Of a stretch of DNA of 64,000 nucleotides, positions 40,996 to 52,113 are shown piece after piece. Source of the DNA: Escherichia phage OES_C-1; the sequence record PQ553088; one strand, given 5' to 3'. Under the pieces are notes generated by a model. That model made no database searches. It had not been told where the DNA came from and worked only from the letters and a program-made list of their open reading frames with translations. Position numbers and translations under genes: made by a program. Position 1 is the first letter of the stretch. Each line of letters starts with the position of its first letter.

Positions 40996-41232
40996 TCAAA
41001 TGCAAGTAGTAATTACTCCAGTAGTGCTTATGCAGGTATTACCCATTTGCACACCTAAAGATCCATTTGTATTCACATGAAGATTATCATCAATTTTAAC
41101 TGATATTTTACCATTAGTGTGAATAACAGTGCTAGATTCAATCACAGGTTGAGTATCATTTTCAACACTAACAAATGGAACTGCTGCTAATGCAACTAAA
41201 CAAACTGCTAAGCATCCCATAACAATTTTCAT
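40996..41232 (-). CDS. putative secreted protein
   Basis: 78 aa from the internal ATG at 41232 (GGAGAA RBS); N-terminal signal peptide MKIVMGCLAVCLVALAAVPFVSV. Confidence 0.45.
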   Translation of the reverse strand: MKIVMGCLAVCLVALAAVPFVSVENDTQPVIESSTVIHTNGKISVKIDDNLHVNTNGSLGVQMGNTCISTTGVITTCI

Positions 41233-41265
41233 TTTATTCTCCAAATCCGTATTAGTTGATAGTTG

Positions 41266-41296
41266 TATAGTACCATGGAAGAACAGTCTTGTAAAC
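41266..41296 (-). promoter_or_regulatory. T4-type early promoter
   Basis: Minus strand reads GTTTAC, about 17 nt, GGTACTATA. Confidence 0.45.
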
Positions 41297-41380
41297 AGTT
41301 TTGTGAAAATTTTTTAGGGAATTCTAAAGGTCCAGAATCATCTGTTTTTCATAAGTATAGATTTATATTACTTGTATGAA

Positions 41381-41400
41381 AAAGGGACCCGGAGGTCCCT
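41381..41400 (-). terminator. GC hairpin terminator after gene 43
   Basis: agggacc-cgga-ggtccct with a minus-strand T-run. Confidence 0.5.
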
Positions 41401-41412
41401 AGATTTATTCTA

Positions 41413-44109
41413 TCAGCCAAACAGGAAGTCTAACGAAGCTTTTTCTTCATAGTCCATGCCAGCCGATTCACACATACCCGCAAGCGGTTTAACAAACGAT
41501 TTTTGGAACAAAGTTGAGTAGTCAATCCAAGACAGTACGTCAGAACGAATTTCTTTTGGAAGTTCTGTACCCGACGGCCAAGCAATGCATTTGTCACCAA
41601 ATGGATTTCCTTCACGCAATGGAAGAACCATTACTTTATTTCCATCCAAAATTGGAGCTACACCTAAACCGCTAACAGCTCGACGATAAGTTAGCACACC
41701 ACGAATATGGAACGGACATTTAAATCCTGGCCAACCTTTATCATCATATTTCGCTATATCGTTCGCAGTTTTTACTTCAGCAATAACTTTATAGTCAAGT
41801 TGACGATATTCTTTCTCGAAGTTCTTGTAATATTCTTGGACAGACTCTTCACCTTCCTGAAGAATACGACGAATACTTTCTTCGAGAGCTTCTTGGACCG
41901 CTTTAGGCGTTGAACTCTGCTGAGTTTCCATACCCATGATTTTTAGATGTGGTTCAGCAAAACGCTTATCTTCCATATCATAAACGTTCAGAGCATAACG
42001 CTTTTTCGCTTTCCAAAATCCACCAACGCCCTTTGAACCAAGTGGAGGGCAAGAAATAGCTTCACGGTCCATATGCATCAGATGCTCGCGGTTATTCATA
42101 TAATCACATAACTCACGATATGCAACATCAATCATAGGTTCCATCTTTTTCTTACCGAACTGATTCATGAATTCAACTAAATCGTTCTGCTCTTTGAATC
42201 GGTCAAGACCAACTTTTTCAATAACTTTATCTACACAAACATATACCGAATCAGTATCACCTGCTGCAATGAAATCTTCGCCATTAGTTCCGCATACTTT
42301 ATTCAGATATTCATTAATTTTACGAGCAATCCACTGAATACCAACTTGGCCGAAAATTGTGATAGCAGTAGCATTTCGCAAATCATAGTAACGGAAATGA
42401 ATATTACCAAGAGCACCATAAAGACTGTTAATAAGAATTTTACGGTTCAGCTGATTTGTATTAGCAAGTGTAGCTGCTTTTTCACATTCTTCAATCAAAC
42501 TATTGAGAACAGATTCAGTATAATTCGATAGTTCATTTAAGAAATCATCACTGAACTTAACATATCGTTCAACTTCAGGTTTAGTTGAACAAGACCCTGC
42601 GCCTTTCATAATAATCTTTTTAATAGCTTCGGCATTCATTTCTTCAGCGAACATTTTCTTTTTCCAGTCTTTACGCTGGAAAAATACTTTAGCGATTTCC
42701 TTTGGAATGATACCTTCTTGATGCTTATCATACATCCATCCATTCGGAGAACAAGAATATTCATCACTCGGTTTAGGAGCTGTTCCTGCGATATATTCAT
42801 GAATTGGATGAACTTTAAATTGTCCACGAATAGTTTCAGGACTAATGTTAACCTGACGAATAATGCTAGGATATAGAGACGTCAAGTCAAAACTCATAAT
42901 ATATCGACGAGCAATTGGTTTAGGTTCAAACACAAATGCACCCGGAAAACTCTGTTTAACGTGCGAACCTTGTTGAGGAATAACCTTATGTTCACCTTTC
43001 AATGAGTTAAAAATAATAGCATCCCAAGTTTTAATAGGACTCATTACACCGGAAAAAGGCATTTTAGCATAATAAGACATACTTAAAACTAGATCGATAA
43101 ACCCGCGAATTTTATCAATTGCTTGAACTGATTCTACGTCAATGATGTTATAACTAATGTATCGTTGATGATTAGTCTCACGAAGTTTATTAATAGGACC
43201 ATCATATGGTAATTTACCTTTTTTGGTTTCATGTTGAGCAACTGATTCCAAAGAGAATGATGGCAAATTAGTAAATGCGAATTTCTTGTACAAATCTAAA
43301 TAATCAAGAATAGATACGCCATCAATAGAATAAATTTCTTTGCTACCGTACATATTTTGAATTAGTTTAGATTTTACTCGACCGATTGGAGAGAAGCGTT
43401 TCATACTACGTTCACCGAGAACCATTTTAACACGATTCATGATATACGGAACGTCAAATCCCTCAATATTCCAACCGGTAAAAATAGCAGGTCGTTTCTG
43501 TTCCCAGAGATTAATATATTCCATGAGCATATCACGCTCATTATCAAATGGCATATAAATTACTCGGTCAAGAATTTCTTGAGGAACTTCATCACCACCT
43601 TCACAGTCAAGTTTAGCAGCTAACTTTGCATCCCATTTTGATACTGAACCGTACATTGAATTCAACAAATCAAAGACGTAAAAACGGTCGTCAATTGAAT
43701 CATAATGAGTGATAGCATCAATTTCATATTCCGCTTTCATTGGGTCAGGAAATTTATCACCAGTAACCTCAATGTCACAGTTAGCTACACGAACAAATTT
43801 TCGGTCATAAACAATTTCTGAACCATATGTATCACTGATATAAGCGAGTTTAAAATCGTTCATACCAAGAGCTTCGAGACCGATGTCTTCCATTCGTTTC
43901 ATCCAATCTCGGGCATCTTTCATTGATGGAAATTTTTGAGGAGCGCAATTTTTACCGTAAATGTCTTTGTACTTTGACTCTTCCTTACAATGCCTAAACA
44001 TAGTCGGAAGATATTCTACTTCGCGAGTACGTTCCTTTCCATTTTCATCAATATAACGTTCAACAATGTTATTTCCGACTGTTTCGATAGAGATATAAAA
44101 TTCTTTCAT
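41413..44109 (-). CDS. 43: DNA polymerase gp43 (family B)
   Basis: 898-aa ORF with exonuclease and polymerase motifs (DTDS, YGG-type region). Confidence 0.95.
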   Translation of the reverse strand: MKEFYISIETVGNNIVERYIDENGKERTREVEYLPTMFRHCKEESKYKDIYGKNCAPQKFPSMKDARDWMKRMEDIGLEALGMNDFKLAYISDTYGSEIVYDRKFVRVANCDIEVTGDKFPDPMKAEYEIDAITHYDSIDDRFYVFDLLNSMYGSVSKWDAKLAAKLDCEGGDEVPQEILDRVIYMPFDNERDMLMEYINLWEQKRPAIFTGWNIEGFDVPYIMNRVKMVLGERSMKRFSPIGRVKSKLIQNMYGSKEIYSIDGVSILDYLDLYKKFAFTNLPSFSLESVAQHETKKGKLPYDGPINKLRETNHQRYISYNIIDVESVQAIDKIRGFIDLVLSMSYYAKMPFSGVMSPIKTWDAIIFNSLKGEHKVIPQQGSHVKQSFPGAFVFEPKPIARRYIMSFDLTSLYPSIIRQVNISPETIRGQFKVHPIHEYIAGTAPKPSDEYSCSPNGWMYDKHQEGIIPKEIAKVFFQRKDWKKKMFAEEMNAEAIKKIIMKGAGSCSTKPEVERYVKFSDDFLNELSNYTESVLNSLIEECEKAATLANTNQLNRKILINSLYGALGNIHFRYYDLRNATAITIFGQVGIQWIARKINEYLNKVCGTNGEDFIAAGDTDSVYVCVDKVIEKVGLDRFKEQNDLVEFMNQFGKKKMEPMIDVAYRELCDYMNNREHLMHMDREAISCPPLGSKGVGGFWKAKKRYALNVYDMEDKRFAEPHLKIMGMETQQSSTPKAVQEALEESIRRILQEGEESVQEYYKNFEKEYRQLDYKVIAEVKTANDIAKYDDKGWPGFKCPFHIRGVLTYRRAVSGLGVAPILDGNKVMVLPLREGNPFGDKCIAWPSGTELPKEIRSDVLSWIDYSTLFQKSFVKPLAGMCESAGMDYEEKASLDFLFG

Positions 44110-44167
44110 AGATATTCCTTAGTTTATAGCCCGAGTTATTAGGCTCTTGATATATTATACTCCAAAT

Positions 44168-44185
44168 AAGGGGCCGAAGCCCCTT
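44168..44185 (-). terminator. C(UUCG)G tetraloop hairpin between regA and 43
   Basis: aaggggc-cgaa-gcccctt, 3 nt after the regA stop. Confidence 0.5.
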
Positions 44186-44187
44186 GC

Positions 44188-44556
44188 TTAATTACCAATC
44201 GTATATTTAGGAACGAGTTTCCATTCATGTTTTTGTTTAAAAGAAATAACTCGGAAGTTATTAGTTAAATCTTTCATAAAAGTTCTTTGTCCAGGAACGA
44301 TTTCAATCAGTCCCCAATCTTCTAACAGCCATGCAATCGAATCACGACGAACTTCATCTTCTTCTGTCATTTCAACTTGACGGCCATCCATACGAAGCAT
44401 TTCTTTAAAATGAACGATATAGTATAGTCCTTTTTTCTGAAGAATATGACAGGACTGATACAGAACTTTATCTTTATTATTAGCAATTCCCATACGAGTC
44501 AAAGTTTCTTTTACTTTCAGAAAATCTTCAGGTTTTTTAAGAGTAATTTCAATCAT
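44188..44556 (-). CDS. regA: translational repressor RegA
   Basis: 122-aa ORF; size and position as T4 regA. Confidence 0.8.
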   Translation of the reverse strand: MIEITLKKPEDFLKVKETLTRMGIANNKDKVLYQSCHILQKKGLYYIVHFKEMLRMDGRQVEMTEEDEVRRDSIAWLLEDWGLIEIVPGQRTFMKDLTNNFRVISFKQKHEWKLVPKYTIGN

Positions 44557-44557
44557 T

Positions 44558-45121
44558 TTACCATTCCAATGCTAGTTTTTTGAGTTGTTTCTGTTCTTTT
44601 ACGTTCTTAGTCACTTCTTTCAAAAAATCATCCGTGACTAATCCTTTAAGTTCTTTTAATACTAAAGGTAGTTTTCCATTTTTAGTAAGAATTGATTTAT
44701 AGTTAATTGCATCATTTGTATTAACTTGATACCGTTTAGCAAGTAACTTAATAATCAATACTTCGGTAGAATCTTCAACCAGTTTTGCCCATTTACCATA
44801 TCTTTTACCACGAGGAACTGCAGCCATTAGATAATTAAAATGGGCTTCATCACTTAAGCCTGATCCAATTAAATTCATAGCATATACAGCTGGCATGCAC
44901 TCTGGAAATTGTGATAATGCATTTTCAACCATGAATTTTGAATAATCTTTTTGAGCAATAGAGCATTTAGTTTTATTATTAATAGCTCCAATTATTTCAA
45001 AAAACTCATTTTCAGCTTTTTCTTTAAAAGAATCAGCAGCGGATTGGACAGCTGTCCAATCTTTTGAATACCAAGCAACTTGATGCTCGTTTAATTGAAT
45101 ATCATCTTCAAATAAGCTCAT
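44558..45121 (-). CDS. 62: clamp-loader small subunit gp62
   Basis: 187 aa from the internal ATG at 45121, which sits one nucleotide after the gene 44 stop. Confidence 0.8.
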   Translation of the reverse strand: MSLFEDDIQLNEHQVAWYSKDWTAVQSAADSFKEKAENEFFEIIGAINNKTKCSIAQKDYSKFMVENALSQFPECMPAVYAMNLIGSGLSDEAHFNYLMAAVPRGKRYGKWAKLVEDSTEVLIIKLLAKRYQVNTNDAINYKSILTKNGKLPLVLKELKGLVTDDFLKEVTKNVKEQKQLKKLALEW

Positions 45122-45122
45122 A

Positions 45123-46082
45123 TCACTTCCACTGCATTTCACATGCCAATTGAATGAAAAGATATGCTAAATGTAATTCAGTATTAGCCGCAATTCCATG
45201 ATACTGGTTATTTTCACCAACAATTTCATACATACGAATAATACTTTGCGGAGTTACGCGTGTATAGATTTCTTCGGCAAGTTTACCTACGAACCACGAA
45301 TAATCAGCTGCATATTTTGGTGCTAAAGCTCTGAGCTGTTTAACATCTTTATTTTTGAGAGACTCAAGAACATCATCAATAGCACCACGATCGTTAGTAA
45401 CCAGTGATAAAATACCAGCATCCAAAACACCTTTAGATGAATAACTATCGAGCTCGCCAATAGTTTTACGAAAATCAGGAAAATTCTTTTTAACCAAAGC
45501 TGCTACAACTTTCATATCAGCTATAGCAATTCCTTCACGCTTACAGATTTCAGTCAATCGACGAATCATCTGCTTCATCATTTCAATTTTATCTTCATCG
45601 GTCGGTTGACCGAACGTAATAACTCGGCAGCGTGACTGAAGAGGTTTAATAATACCATCAATATTGTTAGCAGTAATAATAATACTACAGTTTGAACTAT
45701 AAGCTTCCATAAAGGAACGAAGATGTCGCTGAGACTCTGCTAATCCTGAACGGTCAAATTCATCAATAACGATTACTTTTTGACGACCATCAAATGAAGC
45801 TGCACTAGCAAAATTAGTCAAAGGACCACGAACGAAATCAATTTTACAATCTGACCCATTCACAAACATCATATCAGCATTTACATCATGACACAATGCT
45901 TTTGCTACGGTTGTTTTACCTGTTCCTGGAGAAGGAGAATGAAGAATAATATGTGGAATCTTACCTTTACTTGTAATAGATTTAAAGGTTTCTTTATCAA
46001 AGGCGGGAAGAATACATTCATCGATAGTAGATGGACGATATTTCTGTTCAAGAATGTGTTCTTTTTCATTTACAGTAATCAT
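45123..46082 (-). CDS. 44: clamp-loader large subunit gp44 (AAA+)
   Basis: 319 aa from the internal ATG at 46082 (GAGGAAA RBS); Walker A GTGKTT. Confidence 0.9.
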   Translation of the reverse strand: MITVNEKEHILEQKYRPSTIDECILPAFDKETFKSITSKGKIPHIILHSPSPGTGKTTVAKALCHDVNADMMFVNGSDCKIDFVRGPLTNFASAASFDGRQKVIVIDEFDRSGLAESQRHLRSFMEAYSSNCSIIITANNIDGIIKPLQSRCRVITFGQPTDEDKIEMMKQMIRRLTEICKREGIAIADMKVVAALVKKNFPDFRKTIGELDSYSSKGVLDAGILSLVTNDRGAIDDVLESLKNKDVKQLRALAPKYAADYSWFVGKLAEEIYTRVTPQSIIRMYEIVGENNQYHGIAANTELHLAYLFIQLACEMQWK

Positions 46083-46114
46083 AATTTCCTCATTCAAGTT
46101 TTAGTGTAAATTAT

Positions 46115-46132
46115 AAAGGGCCGAAGCCCTTT
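46115..46132 (-). terminator. C(UUCG)G tetraloop hairpin between 45 and 44
   Basis: aaagggc-cgaa-gcccttt. Confidence 0.5.
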
Positions 46133-46133
46133 A

Positions 46134-46820
46134 TTAAAAATCATGGGTAGAATCAGCTTCAAGAGCTACTACATAATTCGCATGTTCACCTTCAAATTTA
46201 GCAGCGCCTTGTTTACCTTTTGCCCAGAGAAGAAGTTTATAATTTCCTGGTTGCATTTTCATATTTGCCATATTGATAATGAAATTAAATGTATTTTCAC
46301 CATCATAATCACCAAGAGTCAAAGAATATTTAACACGGGTCAAAGCAGAATCTTCTACTTTATTAAAACCGTTAATTACGATTTTACCTTCTTTTACTGT
46401 GATAGCAATTGTATCAATTTGCAGACCGCGAGATACACGCAATAGCTGTTGAAGGTCTTCAGCTTTAATTTCAGTAACAACAGATGCTACCGGGAATGGA
46501 ATTGGTTTATTAGGAGCAACTACTGTACTCGGATCGGCTGCTGGCCAAAAAATTGTTGAACGAGCATCAGCAATTTTAATATTACCATCTTCTGACTGGG
46601 AAATTTCTGCATCGTCATTAACTAGAGACAGAATACCGAGAAAACCGTTCAAATCGTAAATCGCTACATCAAAATCAATAGTGTCAGAAATATTTGCTTC
46701 TGCATAAGTTGTACCATTAACCGCGCGAGTCATAATAAATTGACCAGATTTAAGCATAATACCAGAGTTAATAGTAGCGAAATTTTTAAGCAGAGCAGTA
46801 GTATCTTTAGACAGTTTCAT
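46134..46820 (-). CDS. 45: sliding clamp gp45
   Basis: 228-aa ORF; size and position as T4 gp45. Confidence 0.9.
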   Translation of the reverse strand: MKLSKDTTALLKNFATINSGIMLKSGQFIMTRAVNGTTYAEANISDTIDFDVAIYDLNGFLGILSLVNDDAEISQSEDGNIKIADARSTIFWPAADPSTVVAPNKPIPFPVASVVTEIKAEDLQQLLRVSRGLQIDTIAITVKEGKIVINGFNKVEDSALTRVKYSLTLGDYDGENTFNFIINMANMKMQPGNYKLLLWAKGKQGAAKFEGEHANYVVALEADSTHDF

Positions 46821-46849
46821 GTAATTTCCTTCAATTCAAATGAGATTTA

Positions 46850-46875
46850 ATTTTATAACTAATTTAATAAAGCAA
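46850..46875 (-). promoter_or_regulatory. candidate MotA-dependent middle promoter for gene 45
   Basis: Minus strand reads TTGCTTTA (MotA box), 12 nt, TATAAA. Confidence 0.4.
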
Positions 46876-47265
46876 TTAACGATTAAAATCAGCAGCAATT
46901 GTTTCAGCAACAATTTGAGCAGCAACAATTAGACGTTCATCTGCATTACCACAATAATCGTCTTCAAGGCGTTCACCACATGAAGTCATAATAAATTTAG
47001 CACCAGCATTTAGAGATTCTGTCGTATGTTTGCGCATTAGTTCAATCCATTTATTACTTACTTCACGATCGATAGCTTCATAATACGCATGACGAGCAGG
47101 TGCAGATTTAATTTTGTTCTGAATAACTTCCATTGCGTTATCAGAAAGAGACAAAACCCATGCTCGACGAATTTTATTTTGGTTTTGTGGATTTGAATCA
47201 GAACGCACGTGTTTTGGCTGAATATCTTTTACATCAACAGTATAATTCACAGTAATTTTAGTCAT
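46876..47265 (-). CDS. rpbA: RNA polymerase-binding protein RpbA
   Basis: 129-aa ORF directly upstream of gene 45; size and position as T4 rpbA. Confidence 0.75.
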   Translation of the reverse strand: MTKITVNYTVDVKDIQPKHVRSDSNPQNQNKIRRAWVLSLSDNAMEVIQNKIKSAPARHAYYEAIDREVSNKWIELMRKHTTESLNAGAKFIMTSCGERLEDDYCGNADERLIVAAQIVAETIAADFNR

Positions 47266-47274
47266 AATACACCT

Positions 47275-47463
47275 TTAGTCATAATAATCAGTAACAGTCC
47301 AAGCTTCATTTCTGTTGGACATTATTTTCGTATATTCTGATTTAAATGCATTCTTAAGCATAGATTCAGTAACTATATGCTCTTCATTAGAAAAATTATT
47401 TCTCAGAATATATCGTTTTATTTCAGGAATAGTTAATAGATGCTGTCCAGTTGAATATTCCAT
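47275..47463 (-). CDS. hypothetical protein 45.2-like
   Basis: 62-aa ORF. Confidence 0.5.
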   Translation of the reverse strand: MEYSTGQHLLTIPEIKRYILRNNFSNEEHIVTESMLKNAFKSEYTKIMSNRNEAWTVTDYYD

Positions 47464-47518
47464 GTTTTTCCTCCATAGAGATTATACTCTAATAAATTAA
47501 AGCATAATCTCTTATAAA

Positions 47519-49201
47519 TTAAACCATTACAGTAAACCGACCAACTTTCTTCATTTGAAGATGCTGACCATATGCTTGCGGATCATGGTCTCTATGCGAA
47601 ATAACAAAAACATTAGTATTTTTTAAACTATCTAAAATAGTTGAAATAGCTTTTACACCTTCAACATCAGTTGCTGAATCAAAAACTTCATCGAGAATTA
47701 GTGTGTTTATTTTAACACCTGAAACTTTTTCAGCAATATCACGCCAAGTAAATAAAAGAGCAATATCAATTCGTGCTTTTTCACCTTGACTAAATGAAGC
47801 ATAACTAAAATCTTCACGACCACGGGATTTAATTGTCTCATTAAATTCTTCATCTAATGTAAACACATAATCCGCTTCCATTATTTTAAGATAATGGTTA
47901 ATTTGCTTATTAAATAATGGAATGTACTTTTTAATAATAGCACCTTTAATACCAGAATCTTTGAGCATATCAGTCAAAATTCCTCTATGGTATTTTTCCA
48001 TTACTAAATTAGTTTTTGTCTTAACAATTTTATCAAGTTCTTCTTGAAGCAGTGCTATTTCATCAGCATGGTCAATAAACTCAGATGATGCTTTTTCTAT
48101 AGCCGCTTTAACTTTTTTAGCTTTATCTACCGTCGTGATTAAGGATTGCTTTTTATTGCGAATATCATTTGCCAATGACTGTTGGGTTTTAATATTATCT
48201 CGGTATTCGTCAACAAGAACTTTTAAATTATCACGATGTGCTGAAAGCTGTTCAAACGAATGCGTGCATTCAGAAACTTTATCTTTAATTTTAGAAACAA
48301 CTTTATCACCGGAACTTAATTGTGACAAACAGGTTGGACATAATCCACCTTCGTGATACATATTAATGACTTTATTATATGAGTCAATTTTTGATTTAAT
48401 TAAAAATGCTTCTTGACCGATTTTATTAAATGCATCAGTCGGGTCTTCATCTAAAACAATATTAACTAATCTTTCATTAGCTTCTTCTATTTCCGATTTT
48501 AGCGTTCTAGCTTCCTTTGCCAAATCGTCATACATATTCTGCAGACGAGTAAGGTTGTCACCAGACAATTTTTTCTGGCGTTCAACATTATCGTTATATA
48601 TTTTAATTTGTTGGATAATACTATCTTTTTTAACATCAAGCACTTGGTTTTGTGAATTTAATTCACGTATTAGTGCTTTATTAAGCTTATCCATTTCAGC
48701 TAATGTTCCTACTTCGAGCAGGTCTTCGACAAGTTTTCTTCGCGCAGGGGTCGACAAACCCATGAAAGGGGTATACCCTGCTGTACCAAGGACAACAATC
48801 TGCTTGAAACTGGCGTATGACATTCCGATAAGCTGTTCAAATTCTGCTTGGAAATCTTTACTGCTGGCAGATTCATTAAGACGTGTACCGTTAACGGTGA
48901 TTTCGAAAACGTTTGGTTTTTGTCCTCTTTTGATATAGTACTTTTTCTCGTCATATTCCATCCACAGTTCAACTAAAAGTTCTTTCTTATTTGTACTGTT
49001 TATTAATTGGCCTTTCTTTACATCACGAAATGGCTTGCCAAAAAGCCCAAATGTGATGGCTTCTAACATAGTAGACTTACCACCGCCATTTCGTCCAGTA
49101 ATAAGAGTTTTTTGAACCTTATCTAATTGAATGTCAATAGGATTTCCACCTACTGACATTATGTTTTGATACCTAACTCGGTTTAGTTTAAAATTCTTCA
49201 C
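47519..49201 (-). CDS. 46: recombination nuclease subunit gp46 (Rad50/SbcC-like ATPase)
   Basis: 560-aa ORF with Walker A GRNGGGKST, long coiled-coil middle and C-terminal signature region. Confidence 0.9.
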   Translation of the reverse strand: MKNFKLNRVRYQNIMSVGGNPIDIQLDKVQKTLITGRNGGGKSTMLEAITFGLFGKPFRDVKKGQLINSTNKKELLVELWMEYDEKKYYIKRGQKPNVFEITVNGTRLNESASSKDFQAEFEQLIGMSYASFKQIVVLGTAGYTPFMGLSTPARRKLVEDLLEVGTLAEMDKLNKALIRELNSQNQVLDVKKDSIIQQIKIYNDNVERQKKLSGDNLTRLQNMYDDLAKEARTLKSEIEEANERLVNIVLDEDPTDAFNKIGQEAFLIKSKIDSYNKVINMYHEGGLCPTCLSQLSSGDKVVSKIKDKVSECTHSFEQLSAHRDNLKVLVDEYRDNIKTQQSLANDIRNKKQSLITTVDKAKKVKAAIEKASSEFIDHADEIALLQEELDKIVKTKTNLVMEKYHRGILTDMLKDSGIKGAIIKKYIPLFNKQINHYLKIMEADYVFTLDEEFNETIKSRGREDFSYASFSQGEKARIDIALLFTWRDIAEKVSGVKINTLILDEVFDSATDVEGVKAISTILDSLKNTNVFVISHRDHDPQAYGQHLQMKKVGRFTVMV

Positions 49202-49461
49202 AAAAGATTCCTTTTAATGTATCTTTTAGACCATTCTATCATATCATCATAATCTAAAAAGTATTCATCAAATTCAGCCATGCAAACAACGCCTTGTGCT
49301 GTTTTTGATGTAATATAAATTATTCCAACATATCTAGAATCTTCTTCGGTATAATCAATGTTTGCTATGAATTCATCATTAATGTCAAATGTCGAAAACT
49401 TCACAGTATGCATCCTTAATACAAGATACGGCCATATCTCGCAATGATTTAGGTGTGTCAT
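49198..49461 (-). CDS. hypothetical protein (46.1-like)
   Basis: 87-aa ORF. Confidence 0.45.
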   Translation of the reverse strand: MTHLNHCEIWPYLVLRMHTVKFSTFDINDEFIANIDYTEEDSRYVGIIYITSKTAQGVVCMAEFDEYFLDYDDMIEWSKRYIKRNLL

Positions 49462-49648
49462 TATCTAAAATGTTGAAGTTAAAAGATACAGCCCAGTCAG
49501 TGCAGACCGTGACCTTTTTAATACAATTATCTTCAACCTCTAGCGGTTCAAACCAATATTCAATAATTTCTTTATGCCCAATATCATCTTTTACTTCGCA
49601 TTCAAAATGCTGACTCATCATAACATTTTTAAATTCATCAAAAGTCAT
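49385..49648 (-). CDS. hypothetical protein (46.2-like)
   Basis: 87-aa ORF overlapping its neighbour; start uncertain. Confidence 0.4.
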   Translation of the reverse strand: MTFDEFKNVMMSQHFECEVKDDIGHKEIIEYWFEPLEVEDNCIKKVTVCTDWAVSFNFNILDNDTPKSLRDMAVSCIKDAYCEVFDI

Positions 49649-50664
49649 TGTGTTGCCTCTACATATAACTGATTTGCATATTGAATAAGTGCTTCACGGT
49701 CAGAATCAGTGATGTCTGGAATTGCATTAATGTATTCTTCCATCAACGTCTGAAGAGATTGAACTTCAACTTCTTCACTGTCATCTGACTCGACAGAGTT
49801 ATCAATTTTTGACACAACTCGTAATGAATGCACAACTTTTTCTAGTTCAGATTCGAACTTCGTTAGATTTTTGTCTACTTCAGTTACTATAACACGTACT
49901 GATAGATTTGTAAAATCTTTATAGTCAATTTTTCCTTTAAATGGATAATGAATTCTACGATGCCAGGTAGTGTTGTTTGGAATAAATTCCATTCGTTCTG
50001 TTTCTGTATCAAACATCCAGAACCCACGAGGGTCATTCTCGTCACCGGCAGTTAGTGTCCATGGTGTCCCAATATATCTGACGTTAGCAGCCTCAGAGAT
50101 AGTATGGAAGTGACCAGACCACACCTCTTTATAAGTCTTAAGGAAATCAGGTTCAAGACCATGAGATTTCATTCCTTTATAAAAATAAAATCCATTCAGT
50201 TCCCAGTGACCAACACAAAAAGAAGCAGATGAAGTTTTGATATGCTCAAGAATTTCACCAGTATTTTCTTCACACATCCAAGGAATTAAATCAATTAAAC
50301 ATCCGTCAAAATCTACTGTAGTAGGCTTATCATATACTTTAACATTAGGATATTTAGCCAAAAGCTCAGTAGAGGCATTTGGATGCATTACATTTTTATA
50401 GTGGAGATCGTGATTTCCTACAATAGTATGTAATGTGATTCCAGCACCATCAAGCATTTGAACTATTTCACGGGCAAACTCCATAGTTTTATGCGTGATT
50501 GCTTTTCGCACATCAAAAATATCACCATATTGAATCCATACAGTAATTCCATTTTTCTTAGAATATTCTATCGCTTGCTTAATTCCATCAATTTGAATAC
50601 CGCGAATCCACTCATCATCAGCTTTAACGCCTAAATGCCAATCACCTAAATTTAAAATTTTCAT
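49645..50664 (-). CDS. 47: recombination nuclease subunit gp47 (Mre11/SbcD-like phosphoesterase)
   Basis: 339-aa ORF with calcineurin-like motifs (GDWH, GNHD). Confidence 0.9.
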   Translation of the reverse strand: MKILNLGDWHLGVKADDEWIRGIQIDGIKQAIEYSKKNGITVWIQYGDIFDVRKAITHKTMEFAREIVQMLDGAGITLHTIVGNHDLHYKNVMHPNASTELLAKYPNVKVYDKPTTVDFDGCLIDLIPWMCEENTGEILEHIKTSSASFCVGHWELNGFYFYKGMKSHGLEPDFLKTYKEVWSGHFHTISEAANVRYIGTPWTLTAGDENDPRGFWMFDTETERMEFIPNNTTWHRRIHYPFKGKIDYKDFTNLSVRVIVTEVDKNLTKFESELEKVVHSLRVVSKIDNSVESDDSEEVEVQSLQTLMEEYINAIPDITDSDREALIQYANQLYVEATQ

Positions 50665-50824
50665 ATATCAAGAACCGTCATTGAAATGCAAAATAAAATT
50701 ATTGAAATAAACCCATCTGGCGTGCTAAAGAACCCAATCCAACATGCTCTAGTGAATAGATAAAATGCAAGAAAAAGTATCACATATCCAAGAAATATCA
50801 TTATATCAAACTCCGTATAAAGCT

Positions 50825-50842
50825 AAAGGGCCGAAGCCCTTT
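50825..50842 (-). terminator. C(UUCG)G tetraloop terminator after alpha-gt
   Basis: aaagggc-cgaa-gcccttt overlapping the stop. Confidence 0.5.
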
Positions 50843-52043
50843 ATTTTGTAATAATGTCAAACTGTTCTTTAAAGCAGAAGCTTGAATCTTGATGCTGATA
50901 CAAAAATTCATATGCTTTTTCTCGCTCACGGTCATAAAGAGCTCGGTCAGATGACAATTCTTTAATACGTTCAAATGTTGATTCCATGTCATTTTCATCA
51001 AACCAAATGATACCGCTATCATGCGAGGTCAAAGGAGTATTATCAACACGGAATTTTAAATTTTCGCCAGTAGATTTCCAAAATACCGGAATTGTTCCAC
51101 ATGCACCAAGCTCGAGATGAGTATATTCTAAAGAACGTTGTAGATATTTTTTGTCCAACTTACTCAGCTGATAACCAAATCCGGATTTACTCATGCGTTC
51201 AAGCATTTCGCTATTTACATAACGGTCAAGAATTTGCGTTGGCAAATTAGGAGCAATTTTAATTTGGTCTACTTGATGAAGACGATAATACTCGTATGGA
51301 ATTCCTTTTTCTTTAATAGGAATGAACGCTGGAGAACGTTCCAGACCTTCCATAATAGTACTTAGTCCTGCAGGTTTAAGATGCTTTTCATGAAAATCAA
51401 ACATCTGATAAAAACCTTTCCATGTAGTCGTACGACCAATCCAACGGTTGATATTCATGTTAATTTCAGAAACATCTTTCCAGTAGGTTGACCGAACCTT
51501 CGCAATATCCATAGGAGGCTGAAAGTTATATACGGTCGGCGCTTCTTCAATATCATCAAACAGAGAAACTGTTTCTGGATACCATTCTTTCATCAGAACT
51601 TTATTAAAATCACCATTATCAGAATGGCTAAAAATAACATCAGCTCGACGAACAGTTTCTTCTAATCCCAAATTTCGACGCAAAGAAAGAGAAGAATGGT
51701 CATGTTGATAAACTACAACACGAACAGAAGGTTTAATGTTATCAATAATTTTTTTATAGTTATTAATAGTGTCTTCTTCAACCGAAGTAGCAGGAACTGA
51801 ATTAATAATTAGAATATCACAATCATTTACCAGCTTAAGTGTTTTATCATATTCTTTTGCCAATAAAACCGGAATTGAAAATGATTTATAATCATGCGCG
51901 CAATTACGAGTAAATGATTTATCTTTAGCATAAACCAAAGTTACTTCATGACCATTTTTAATAAACCAATCACGCTGCTCAAGAGAAAATTTAGTTACAC
52001 CACAACCTTCAAGACCTCGAGCCATAAAAATACATACTTTCAT
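50841..52043 (-). CDS. agt: alpha-glucosyltransferase (hmC DNA glucosylation)
   Basis: 400-aa ORF starting MKVCIFMARGLEGCGVTKFSLEQRDWFIKNGHEV. Confidence 0.85.
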   Translation of the reverse strand: MKVCIFMARGLEGCGVTKFSLEQRDWFIKNGHEVTLVYAKDKSFTRNCAHDYKSFSIPVLLAKEYDKTLKLVNDCDILIINSVPATSVEEDTINNYKKIIDNIKPSVRVVVYQHDHSSLSLRRNLGLEETVRRADVIFSHSDNGDFNKVLMKEWYPETVSLFDDIEEAPTVYNFQPPMDIAKVRSTYWKDVSEINMNINRWIGRTTTWKGFYQMFDFHEKHLKPAGLSTIMEGLERSPAFIPIKEKGIPYEYYRLHQVDQIKIAPNLPTQILDRYVNSEMLERMSKSGFGYQLSKLDKKYLQRSLEYTHLELGACGTIPVFWKSTGENLKFRVDNTPLTSHDSGIIWFDENDMESTFERIKELSSDRALYDREREKAYEFLYQHQDSSFCFKEQFDIITK

Positions 52044-52093
52044 TTAATATCCTCTTTGTTTTGGTTTATTTTACCAAAAATTTATAAAGCAAT

Positions 52094-52113
52094 ATAGGAG
52101 CCGAAGCTCCTAT
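52094..52113 (-). terminator. UUCG-loop hairpin upstream of alpha-gt
   Basis: ataggagc-cgaa-gctcctat. Confidence 0.4.
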